From a virus (Duplodnaviria; Heunggongvirae; Uroviricota; Caudoviricetes), in the IMG/VR virus record IMGVR_UViG_3300014205_000176: a stretch of 58,247 nucleotides of DNA; one strand, 5' to 3'. The notes under the pieces were generated by a model. That model searched no databases. It saw only the letters and a list, made by a program, of their open reading frames with translations, and had not been told where the DNA came from. The stretch's first letter is position 1. Each line of letters opens with the position of its first letter. The translations under genes and the position numbers were made by a program. Below, in pieces: positions 23,846 through 32,447 of this stretch.

Positions 23846-26268
23846 ATAACTATGGTCAGTTTATCTGTACTCCTAGTCGCGCCAGTGTATAACCAACGGC
23901 GGTAGTTGTCCTCGCTGACTGGGGCTGGTCTTTCGTTGAACAGGATGACGTTTCCCATCTGTGACCCCTGACAATTCCAGCCACAAAATCCATTTTGTAT
24001 GAATTGATTTCCCTCTGGAACTGTCACACATATAGATTCCGTATCAGATACCTCTTCAATTGAATAGATTTTTGTATGATGATAATTTAATTTCTCATTT
24101 TCACTATCAATTTTCATCAGATTATCTCTAGAAATATACCCTGCTATTTTAGAATTATTTCGTGTTGAGCTGTCTTTTATCAGATTAGCGAATTGTTTTG
24201 AAATTGGTATTCGAAATTTTCTAAAGGCCTGGAACTTAAGTAATAACCTATCATTTTTAAATGAAGAAACAAATCCAATTTTATCTTTAAATATCTTACA
24301 GTATGACCCATAAATACACAATCTATAATTATTGTTATATGGAAATATACTTGAAACGATCCCAAACCCCAACAACATTAATTGTACTATTTTTATCACA
24401 TCTAGTTTTTTATTAGAAAATTCGATATGATCTATTTTCCCGCGTTTTATATTTACCGTAGCGTCTTCAAATAAACCTTTTAAGAATTTACATCTAATAG
24501 AATTATTACATGCGAGAATACATTTTGGAATGTTTTTTGTATGTGGAGATAATCCATCTATACAAGAAAGCCAAGAAGATAGTTGGGTGGAATTTATTTC
24601 AGAGGTATACCACCCAAGTTTGTGTTCTGTTCTGCTTTCTTTAGGTTCCACACCAAATAGAACTCTACACAAATGGGAAAATCTATCTGTTACATCTTTG
24701 TGTCTTTTAGCTAATCTGAATCCTTTTTTAAAAATGCACCCGTCAGCCACCATAAGACCAAGAAATTCTGCGAAATCTTCACTAACTAAAGATGGTAAAT
24801 TATAAATTTTTGCTCTTATATCTGTGTTTATATCAGATGGTAATAGATATGTTGTTTTACAAGTAATTGGCGGCAACAGAGATATTCTAGTTATATCATT
24901 TACAGATAACTCAGCAAATGTTTTTCTTTCATAATTTCCAGAGTTAACATTCCATATATCGATACCATGATCTATTGTAGCAGTTAATGAATATCCTTCT
25001 TTAGTTTTGATTTTGAGCATTTTCTGCTTAGTTGATATTTTATTAATGTATTTTTTTTCTCCATATGGGGATAATATACTGCCACAATTTTGTATTTCAC
25101 TTATTCTTTGAAGTCCGAATTCTGTTTCTATAAATGTGTGTGGGTGAACACATTTATGAACTGTCAGGGCGTATCCGTAGTCAAAGAGCAACCCTACTTC
25201 GTTCCAGTGTTTCACTTCCATACCGAAAGTTTCAAGCTCAGAGAATGAACTGAAGGTTTTCTGGTATCCGAATTGATACTTGCAGAGATTGTTTACCTTC
25301 ACTTCAACTCCTTCATATGGAAAGTTGAGTTTGGCTGACCAGAAGTGATCATCAATCTCAGTAACTCCAGATTCAAAGTACCCGCGATATCCATTGTACA
25401 TCGGTGGTTGCTTAGAATTTACTTTTACAACGTTACGTAAGCAGATCACTAGGTCATTTGAAAGAGGTACTTGGCTTACGTTGCCAAATACAACGTTTCG
25501 AATCATGGTATTCAACCGTACCCTAGTAGCGTTCATGTAACAAAGAACTGCGCAGTCTAGAATGTCCTCTGGATCTTGGCGGCCTTTGTACACCTGCCTC
25601 AAGTAATCTACGTATTGAGACTTTGGAACGATTGAAATGTGATTATTGTCGGATAATGATGGTGGTATCTTGCCAGTTTCCCTAACCACCATAGATAAAT
25701 GTATGATTGGATTGTCCTGTGCCTGCCTATGAATCTTCTCCAAGCGCAAGATTGGAGCCTGCATTAGAGAGAACTTACCTTCAATAGGTGGTAGCTGCCC
25801 ATGATCTCCAACTGCAAGTACATCAATACCATATGAGGATAGGTCTCTGAAGATATCCTCAGAGATCATAGAGGCTTCATCAAGAACTATAACGTCATAA
25901 TCTAACTTTGGGTTCTTTGCCCAGTACACAACTTCGCCTTTATCATCTTCAATCGGTTTGTAGATGAGGCGATGAATGGTTCCGCAGTAGTGGCCGCCAT
26001 CCCCGAAGGTAATTCCCTGGGCTCGAAGCTTGGTCCCAAGGATCGATGCGGCTCTACCGGACAGTGCGCAGAAGGCAAATCGAATGGCCGTTCCAAATTC
26101 CTTTGCAAGAACCGATGTAAGCGTAGACTTACCTGAACCCGCATACCCACCCAATGTAAGTAATTGTGGGTTGGTTTGTTTGGGATGAACCTTCCCTCCA
26201 TTGGCTAGCCACCTGGCCATTATTTGGTACGCGGCCCCTTGGTCATCTGACAGAGTAATTGCGCTCAT
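23842..26268 (-). CDS. Dda/RecD2-like SF1B DNA helicase, intein-containing
   Basis: GYAGSGKST, VLDEASMI, VGDHGQLPPI, IHRQA, YALTVHK-[intein]-CQGSQ, LYTGATR; SD GGAG before the ATG at 26268. Confidence 0.92.
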   Translation of the reverse strand: MSAITLSDDQGAAYQIMARWLANGGKVHPKQTNPQLLTLGGYAGSGKSTLTSVLAKEFGTAIRFAFCALSGRAASILGTKLRAQGITFGDGGHYCGTIHRLIYKPIEDDKGEVVYWAKNPKLDYDVIVLDEASMISEDIFRDLSSYGIDVLAVGDHGQLPPIEGKFSLMQAPILRLEKIHRQAQDNPIIHLSMVVRETGKIPPSLSDNNHISIVPKSQYVDYLRQVYKGRQDPEDILDCAVLCYMNATRVRLNTMIRNVVFGNVSQVPLSNDLVICLRNVVKVNSKQPPMYNGYRGYFESGVTEIDDHFWSAKLNFPYEGVEVKVNNLCKYQFGYQKTFSSFSELETFGMEVKHWNEVGLLFDYGYALTVHKCVHPHTFIETEFGLQRISEIQNCGSILSPYGEKKYINKISTKQKMLKIKTKEGYSLTATIDHGIDIWNVNSGNYERKTFAELSVNDITRISLLPPITCKTTYLLPSDINTDIRAKIYNLPSLVSEDFAEFLGLMVADGCIFKKGFRLAKRHKDVTDRFSHLCRVLFGVEPKESRTEHKLGWYTSEINSTQLSSWLSCIDGLSPHTKNIPKCILACNNSIRCKFLKGLFEDATVNIKRGKIDHIEFSNKKLDVIKIVQLMLLGFGIVSSIFPYNNNYRLCIYGSYCKIFKDKIGFVSSFKNDRLLLKFQAFRKFRIPISKQFANLIKDSSTRNNSKIAGYISRDNLMKIDSENEKLNYHHTKIYSIEEVSDTESICVTVPEGNQFIQNGFCGWNCQGSQMGNVILFNERPAPVSEDNYRRWLYTGATRSTDKLTIVM
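23974..25152 (-). mobile_element. intein with LAGLIDADG-type homing endonuclease (393 aa)
   Basis: starts CVHPHTFIET, ends GFCGWN|C, inside the HK(S/C)QGS helicase motif; FLGLMVADG. Confidence 0.9.
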
Positions 26269-26320
26269 CCTAATTTCTCCCGCGCATCGTACACGGATCG
26301 ACCGGATATATCCAGCGATT

Positions 26321-27094
26321 ATGTCGTTTTGGAGGCCAGCAGATAGCTGTTTGTACGTAGTTTCGGACATTAATGGATTGCATAATGAACTGAAACTTAT
26401 ACTTAGTCGAATATTACCACTTAGGAAAACCGGAGGCCAAATAGATAAATTGATTCTTCTTGGTAATTACATAAGCGGAACAAGGTCACATGAAACAATT
26501 GATCTGATATTAAAAGCACAAAAGGAAACTCCAGGGCAAATCATATGTCTTCTAGGAGACAATGATCTAAAACTACTCAATTCAATTGATCCACAAGGAA
26601 CCCCAGAGGATTACGGGGCATGGCTATCGTCAGGAGGTGAAAACGCACTCCTTGGATATTTGGAACTTATAGGATCTGAACTCTCAAATCCATATCTAAT
26701 CAAACGGCAATATCTTCAAAGATTTATTCCGCAAGAACATTTAAACTTCCTGAGTTTACTTTTGCCGTATTATGAGAATGATAACTATATCTTTGTCCAT
26801 GGTGGGTGTGATCCAAATATTCCATTAGAGAAACAAAACCCATCTGTGTTAACAAAGGATAGGAGTGTATTTAATTTAGTATATAATGCCGGAAGTAGAT
26901 TTAGATGTCAATGGAATAAGACTATTATAACTGGTGGTATTGGTAAGAAGGATGGACGACCATTGGTTCATGATAAATTCATTACCCTAGATGGAAGTTA
27001 TGCCGAGAAACTCTACGTGTTGGAATTGAATTCAAGACAGATATTCTCGGCACGTAAAGGAAAGAGTAGACTTGTCAAGGAACTAATACCTTGA
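26321..27094 (+). CDS. calcineurin-like metallophosphoesterase fold with degenerate catalytic motifs
   Basis: VSDING, LGNYISG, LGDND, FVHGG correspond to DxH, GDxxDR, GNH(E/D), HGG. Confidence 0.8.
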   Translation: MSFWRPADSCLYVVSDINGLHNELKLILSRILPLRKTGGQIDKLILLGNYISGTRSHETIDLILKAQKETPGQIICLLGDNDLKLLNSIDPQGTPEDYGAWLSSGGENALLGYLELIGSELSNPYLIKRQYLQRFIPQEHLNFLSLLLPYYENDNYIFVHGGCDPNIPLEKQNPSVLTKDRSVFNLVYNAGSRFRCQWNKTIITGGIGKKDGRPLVHDKFITLDGSYAEKLYVLELNSRQIFSARKGKSRLVKELIP

Positions 27095-27103
27095 CATTCA
27101 ATT

Positions 27104-27134
27104 AGTGGTAGTTCGATACCTTATAAATCGAGAT
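27104..27134 (+). promoter_or_regulatory. motif A copy 1 (GTAG-footed hairpin)
   Basis: AGTGGTAG-TTCGAT-ACCTTATAA-ATCGAG-AT. Confidence 0.7.
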
Positions 27135-27148
27135 TAAAAGAGTCAATA

Positions 27149-27334
27149 ATGTTTTTCAAGTACGCATCAAATCTATTACAGCACGTATCTAATGAGTGCA
27201 TGTTGAAGTCATTTGCTTGTAAGGATGATGACGCGGTAGCTCTGTATCGGAATATCTCCAGCCGAATTGATGGACTAATTCGCAGGATTGGGGTCGAGAA
27301 TACTGGTGAGATTGCGACTATCGAGAATGACTAA
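27149..27334 (+). CDS. small hypothetical protein
   Basis: 61-aa ORF directly after motif A, overlapping the topA start. Confidence 0.5.
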   Translation: MFFKYASNLLQHVSNECMLKSFACKDDDAVALYRNISSRIDGLIRRIGVENTGEIATIEND

Positions 27335-29468
27335 TGCTCTCGTCATCGTAGAATCCCCAGCAAAAAGCAAGACTATCACCAAGTACTTGGGTGTAGGATA
27401 TACGATTAGGCCTACCGGAGGCCATATCATTGATCTATCCAAAGGTCATGGTGGTGGGGACATAGGGGTGGATATCCAGAATGGTTTCAAGCCTCGTTAT
27501 GAAGTGAACCCGGATAAGAGGGACAAGATCAAATCAATAGTGGATGTGGCTAGGAATGCTGATGAAATTTTCGTTGCTTCAGATCCTGATCGTGAAGGCG
27601 AAGCTATCGCATTCCATATTGTTGACCAGTTGAAGAGTCTCAACAAACCACTAAAAAGGGTTGAATTCCATGAAATTACCGAAAAAGCTATCAGAAAAGC
27701 TATTGCTAACCCACGTCCGTTTGATCAAAACCTTTATGATGCTCAACAGGCTAGACGAGTCCTGGATCGTATTGTGGGTTTTATGGTGTCTCCTTACATT
27801 TCTCAGAAGCTTGGAGATAAACTTAGCGCCGGCCGTGTCCAATCTGTTACCCTAAGAATGATTGTAGACAGGGAAGAGGAAATTGAAGCTTTCGTTCCTG
27901 AATCTTTCTACAACATCAGCGCTACTCTATCCAACACAGAGAAGTTCGTAGCGAAATATCCTGCACGAATTGATGTCGAAAAAGAAGCGCAGAGAATCAA
28001 AGACGATCTGGACGTTTCCACATACGTGATTGATGATGTTCAGGCGAAACAGATGCTGCGTAAAGCACCTCCTCCACTAATTACCTCTACTCTGCAACAG
28101 GAAGCTTCTACTAAACTGAAGTTTGCTGGTGAGCGGACTATGAAGGCTGCTCAAGAGTTGTATGAGGCTGGCTTCATAACTTACTTACGTACCGATTCAG
28201 TTCGCAATTCCGCTGATTCAATTATAGAAGTGAGAGAGTTCCTTACAAAGAATGGGTTTGGAATTCCAGATCAGCCCAACGAATTCAAGAATAAGGACCA
28301 AGCTCAGGATGCACACGAAGCTATTCGCCCTACCCATGTAGAAAATCATCCTGATAAAGCTGCGTTGATTGGTGATCAGCAGCAGATCTATAATCTCATT
28401 TGGCGAATGTTTGTAGCTAGTCAGATGCAGCCAGCTGTTTTTGATGTGGTGAAGGTAACTGTAAAAGCTAGCAAGGGACAGCGTTTACAATCCGAGGGAA
28501 AGACTCTTCGCGAGGAAGGTTGGATGTTCATTGCTAAGGAGTTCCTCAAGAAGGATAAGGATGTAACGCTACCACCACTGGCTGTTGGGGATATGGTTAC
28601 TTTGGTTCCACCCAAGGTGAAGATGGAGAAATCTCAAACGAAGCCACCGCCACGCTATACAGAAGCCAGCTTGAATGCCGAGTTGGAGCGTAAAGAGATT
28701 GGTAGACCATCTACGTACGCAACCATCATCGCCAAAATCTCTAATCGGAAGTATGTCAAGAGCACTGCAGCTGGATTTGTCCCAACAGATCTTGGTCGGC
28801 AAGTATCTAACGATTTGAAATCTACATTCTCCTTCATGGACTACATGTATACAGCCAACATGGAGAAATCATTAGACAAGATAGCTGATGGTAAGCTTGA
28901 TTATCTGTCGATGATGACGAAGTTTTTCGATGAGTTCAAAGCGGAATTCCAGAAGGCACGAGCTGGGCAGGGACAAGTTACAGGTATTCCATGTCCCAAG
29001 TGTGGCGGAGATACTGTTCTGCGTAAGTCCAAGTATGGATTTTTCGCTGGTTGCATGAAGTATAAGGCTGGGTGTGATGGTATAGCTAATGTTTCTGTGG
29101 AGGATGGTAAAGTAATTCCAAAATCACAGAAGGCTAAGGTAGATGAAAGCGTCAAGTGTCCTGATTGCGGTGCTGGGATGGTACCAAGGCCAGACGGAAG
29201 GTTTGGCCCATTTTATTCATGTTCCAATTATCCTAAGTGTTTAGGTAAGAGGAAGATACCATTTGGTAAGAAATGTATCAAGTGCGGAAATGAATTATAT
29301 GCAACATTGATGAGTGGTAAATTGAAGTTAGCATGTATGGGATATCCTAATTGTAAGAATGTCGAGGAGTTGCCCGAAGACGCGCAGGTAAATTGGTTAG
29401 ATTATAATAAAGTAACACCTCCCGTCTATAATAAAAAAGTAGAGAAAGTTATAAAAAGCATTTCTTGA
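27327..29468 (+). CDS. topA: type IA DNA topoisomerase I with C-terminal Zn ribbons
   Basis: LVIVESPAK, ASDPDREGE, SAGRVQS, ITYLRTDS, AHEAIRPT, GRPSTYA, C4 ribbons. Confidence 0.97.
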   Translation: MTNALVIVESPAKSKTITKYLGVGYTIRPTGGHIIDLSKGHGGGDIGVDIQNGFKPRYEVNPDKRDKIKSIVDVARNADEIFVASDPDREGEAIAFHIVDQLKSLNKPLKRVEFHEITEKAIRKAIANPRPFDQNLYDAQQARRVLDRIVGFMVSPYISQKLGDKLSAGRVQSVTLRMIVDREEEIEAFVPESFYNISATLSNTEKFVAKYPARIDVEKEAQRIKDDLDVSTYVIDDVQAKQMLRKAPPPLITSTLQQEASTKLKFAGERTMKAAQELYEAGFITYLRTDSVRNSADSIIEVREFLTKNGFGIPDQPNEFKNKDQAQDAHEAIRPTHVENHPDKAALIGDQQQIYNLIWRMFVASQMQPAVFDVVKVTVKASKGQRLQSEGKTLREEGWMFIAKEFLKKDKDVTLPPLAVGDMVTLVPPKVKMEKSQTKPPPRYTEASLNAELERKEIGRPSTYATIIAKISNRKYVKSTAAGFVPTDLGRQVSNDLKSTFSFMDYMYTANMEKSLDKIADGKLDYLSMMTKFFDEFKAEFQKARAGQGQVTGIPCPKCGGDTVLRKSKYGFFAGCMKYKAGCDGIANVSVEDGKVIPKSQKAKVDESVKCPDCGAGMVPRPDGRFGPFYSCSNYPKCLGKRKIPFGKKCIKCGNELYATLMSGKLKLACMGYPNCKNVEELPEDAQVNWLDYNKVTPPVYNKKVEKVIKSIS

Positions 29469-29487
29469 TTGTCCAGTACGCTGGGAC
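29469..29487 (+). promoter_or_regulatory. motif B copy (TTGTCCAGTACGCTGGGAC)
   Basis: CCAG-TACG-CTGG inverted repeat; 12 nt before the ATG at 29499. Confidence 0.55.
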
Positions 29488-29498
29488 GAGTACTTTTC

Positions 29499-29687
29499 AT
29501 GAATAAAGCTGAGCTTGAGAAGCTTATCAATAAACCAAGAGCATTTCGTCACCACAAGTTAGCAGAGTTCATCCCAGCTAGGCAGACGATGATCATCTTA
29601 GGCTCAGAGGCAGTGTGCAATAGGGATACCCCGCGCAATTACAAACAGTTTAAGTGCATGCAAAAGAATGGTCAGCTTTTCTTTTGA
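29499..29687 (+). CDS. small hypothetical protein
   Basis: 62 aa from the ATG after motif B. Confidence 0.5.
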   Translation: MNKAELEKLINKPRAFRHHKLAEFIPARQTMIILGSEAVCNRDTPRNYKQFKCMQKNGQLFF

Positions 29688-29716
29688 GTGGTAGCTTGAT
29701 ACCTTAAAATCGAGAC
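29687..29716 (+). promoter_or_regulatory. motif A copy 2
   Basis: AGTGGTAG-CTTGAT-ACCTTAAA-ATCGAG-AC. Confidence 0.7.
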
Positions 29717-29727
29717 AAAGATATACA

Positions 29728-32118
29728 ATGAATAGATTTTCAGAAAAGCAAATTTCCGCCCAGGAATCTCTAACATCCAAAAGACTAGAAAGCATTTCTG
29801 TTGGATATCAAAATACTTCCAGCAAATCAAGACCAGAACAGAGTCTTATCGAATTGATGCATTGGGCCAAGGACATTGTCAGTAATCAAGATCGTGGTGA
29901 TTGGGTTCCGTTTATTCACAACAAGATTAGTATTGATGGTTCATTCTTACAATTCTGCGAAGAAACTGGAGTAACTGTCAAAGCTCTTCATACCGATGCA
30001 ATTACTTCTTGGCAAAGTGACTTTCATGATGAACACTTTGTTGGAGTTGGAATATTCAACATACAAAAAGACGATCTTAAGTTCTATCATTGTGGATTAT
30101 TCCATAAGGGAAACCAGAATGAGGACGAGGTTAGCTTTTTTGTTTTGGTTAAGCGGACAGATTTTGAAGCTTATATATCCTTACGTAATGAATATGAAGC
30201 TTGGCAGAATAAGAGGGAGCGTGACAGCCAGGAGATTGAGGTTATTGGTGGTGATGCAATTCCATATGATCCGAGTACTTCTTGGGATGATATCTTCTTA
30301 CCAGATGATTTGAAGAGTAGGATTATTACTACCATCGATGGCTTCCTTGGATCTAAGGCCATTTATGAAAAGTTGAAGGTTCCGTGGCGGCGCGGGATTG
30401 GATTTTGGGGTTCTAGGGGCTGCCATGCTGCTGGTACTGGAATATTAATGTATGATGGTACAGTGAAAAAAGTTGAAGATGTGGTAGTTGGTGATTTGTT
30501 AATGGGTCCAGATTCTAAGCAACGAGAAGTTCTTAAATTAGTTTCTGGCTCTGATGAAATGTTTGAGATACAACCAACAAAATCAGATCCTTTTATTGTT
30601 AATAAGGATCATATTCTTCATCTTCGGTGCCGTAGGCCAAGACCAACCGTTCCACCAAAACTCAATATAACAGTATCAGATTTTTTAAGTCTAACTCAAA
30701 ATGCTCAAAAAAACAATTATCAAATGTGTTTGTCTCCAGCTTTAGAGTTTGGAGTTAACCAAACTCTAAAGCTGGATCCATATTTTTTGGGTATATGGCT
30801 TGGTGATGGTAGTAGTCATGAAGCATCAATTACCACAGCAGATCTTGAAATAGATAATTTTGTATGCAATTTTGCTATACAATATTCTTGTCAAGTTACG
30901 AGAACGAAATCTGTTGCTACGGCAAAATGCGATACGTTACACATAGTTAGTGGTGGGAAAAGGAATCCTATAAATGCATTATTGCGAGAGATAAACGTAT
31001 TAGATAATAAACATATACCTTACCAATATCTAACAGCATCGATTGATGATCGTTTGAAATTACTTGCAGGTATTATTGATACAGACGGTTGTTATACTAG
31101 TGTAACCTGGAGAGGAACTGAAAAATTAAACAAAAAAGGCAAAGGATATAAGGGCTATTTTGAAGTACTGCAAAAGAGTCAACAATTAACGAAAGATATA
31201 TGTTTCTTGGTTAAAAGTCTTGGGTTACAGGTAACTGTAAAGGAATGTATTAAGAATATAAAATCCATTAATTTTTCTGGTCGATATTATAGGATTGGTA
31301 TATTTGGAAATATTGAAAAGGTTCCGGTTATATTACCAAGAAAGAAAGCGATTTTGGGAAGGCCTAATAAAATGCCGTTGATCCGGGGGATTAAATCCAT
31401 TAGGAGTATGGGTGTTGGAAATTATTATGGATTTGTATTAGATAAAGATCATTTATATTTAACAGATGATTTTTATATACATCACAACTGCGGAAAAACC
31501 TCAACTCTTCGGGTAATTATGGCGCAATACCCGCAGCTAAAGCCGGTTACTATTCAGCCTGGGCATTCGACTCCTGATGAATTGTTAGAGGAAGCTTTTG
31601 AATATGCCGAGCAGCATTCCCCTGCACTTTTATTCTTTGAAGATCTGCAAGAGTTGGTTAAGACAATTGATATTCGTCATTTTCTGCAGCTTTTGGATGG
31701 ACTACAGAAGCGCGATGGCATTTTGACGGTGGTAACTGGCAATGATTTTTCTAACTTGGAAGAGAATTTGAAGAGTCGTCCGCGTCGTTTTGATAGTTTC
31801 TTTGAATTTCCATTGCCGGATGTTAATCAAACCACAAAATATCTTAATAGATATCTAGTTGATATATTACCAAGTAAGAAGATTGCAGCAATTGCAAAGA
31901 AGGCTGTTAAGAATAAACTTACCTATGCTCATTTGCAAGAGCTTTATTTCAATGCTGTATTCATCGCTATACCTGAAGGTCGAGAATTACCGAACGAGGA
32001 CAACTTAGAATTGTCTCTAAAACAAGTTTTGAAAGAAAAGAAAGCAGCAGATTCTGACTTTGCAGAGAGACAGCGTGACCTAACAGATGACGAAGAAGAG
32101 GATGGAGAGGAAATATGA
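29728..32118 (+). CDS. AAA+ ATPase, intein-containing
   Basis: Walker A GSRG-[intein]-CGKT; Walker B LLFFEDLQ; LLDG; RPRRFD. Confidence 0.88.
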   Translation: MNRFSEKQISAQESLTSKRLESISVGYQNTSSKSRPEQSLIELMHWAKDIVSNQDRGDWVPFIHNKISIDGSFLQFCEETGVTVKALHTDAITSWQSDFHDEHFVGVGIFNIQKDDLKFYHCGLFHKGNQNEDEVSFFVLVKRTDFEAYISLRNEYEAWQNKRERDSQEIEVIGGDAIPYDPSTSWDDIFLPDDLKSRIITTIDGFLGSKAIYEKLKVPWRRGIGFWGSRGCHAAGTGILMYDGTVKKVEDVVVGDLLMGPDSKQREVLKLVSGSDEMFEIQPTKSDPFIVNKDHILHLRCRRPRPTVPPKLNITVSDFLSLTQNAQKNNYQMCLSPALEFGVNQTLKLDPYFLGIWLGDGSSHEASITTADLEIDNFVCNFAIQYSCQVTRTKSVATAKCDTLHIVSGGKRNPINALLREINVLDNKHIPYQYLTASIDDRLKLLAGIIDTDGCYTSVTWRGTEKLNKKGKGYKGYFEVLQKSQQLTKDICFLVKSLGLQVTVKECIKNIKSINFSGRYYRIGIFGNIEKVPVILPRKKAILGRPNKMPLIRGIKSIRSMGVGNYYGFVLDKDHLYLTDDFYIHHNCGKTSTLRVIMAQYPQLKPVTIQPGHSTPDELLEEAFEYAEQHSPALLFFEDLQELVKTIDIRHFLQLLDGLQKRDGILTVVTGNDFSNLEENLKSRPRRFDSFFEFPLPDVNQTTKYLNRYLVDILPSKKIAAIAKKAVKNKLTYAHLQELYFNAVFIAIPEGRELPNEDNLELSLKQVLKEKKAADSDFAERQRDLTDDEEEDGEEI
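30421..31488 (+). mobile_element. intein with LAGLIDADG homing endonuclease (356 aa)
   Basis: starts CHAAGTGILMYDG, ends YIHHN|C; FLGIWLGDG and LLAGIIDTDG. Confidence 0.93.
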
Positions 32119-32447
32119 GAGGAAGCATTTTAGATCCCAATAGTATTAGGCCTATCGAAGTTAAAGTGGAGGGATCTTCACGTGAAGACTTCGAATATGC
32201 ATACCGAAAATTCAAGGCTTTGTTTCAAAGGGAGCGTATCGTTGGGCAGATTAAGGAACGCATGGCTTATGAAAAGCCGAGTGCCAAGAAGCGTCGCAAG
32301 GCGCGGGAGGCAGTGGATCGTAGGATGATGACCCAGATTCGAGAGAATATGGTTAAGACTGGTGAATGGGATCGCCGTCAGAAGGCACGGGCACAAACCC
32401 AAATACGAAGGGACGAAAAGAGATCTGAGGGAATGTATGAACGATGA
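32115..32447 (+). CDS. rpsU: ribosomal protein bS21 homologue with a C-terminal extension
   Basis: IEVKV...FEYAYRKFK...YEKPSAKKRRKAREA. Confidence 0.88.
   Translation: MRGSILDPNSIRPIEVKVEGSSREDFEYAYRKFKALFQRERIVGQIKERMAYEKPSAKKRRKAREAVDRRMMTQIRENMVKTGEWDRRQKARAQTQIRRDEKRSEGMYER

Noticed and set aside
27091-27127. Motif A as a standard sigma70 promoter
   Set aside because: The spacing between TTGACA/TTGATA and any TAnnnT hexamer in the copies checked is 19-25 nt or about 10 nt, not 16-18.
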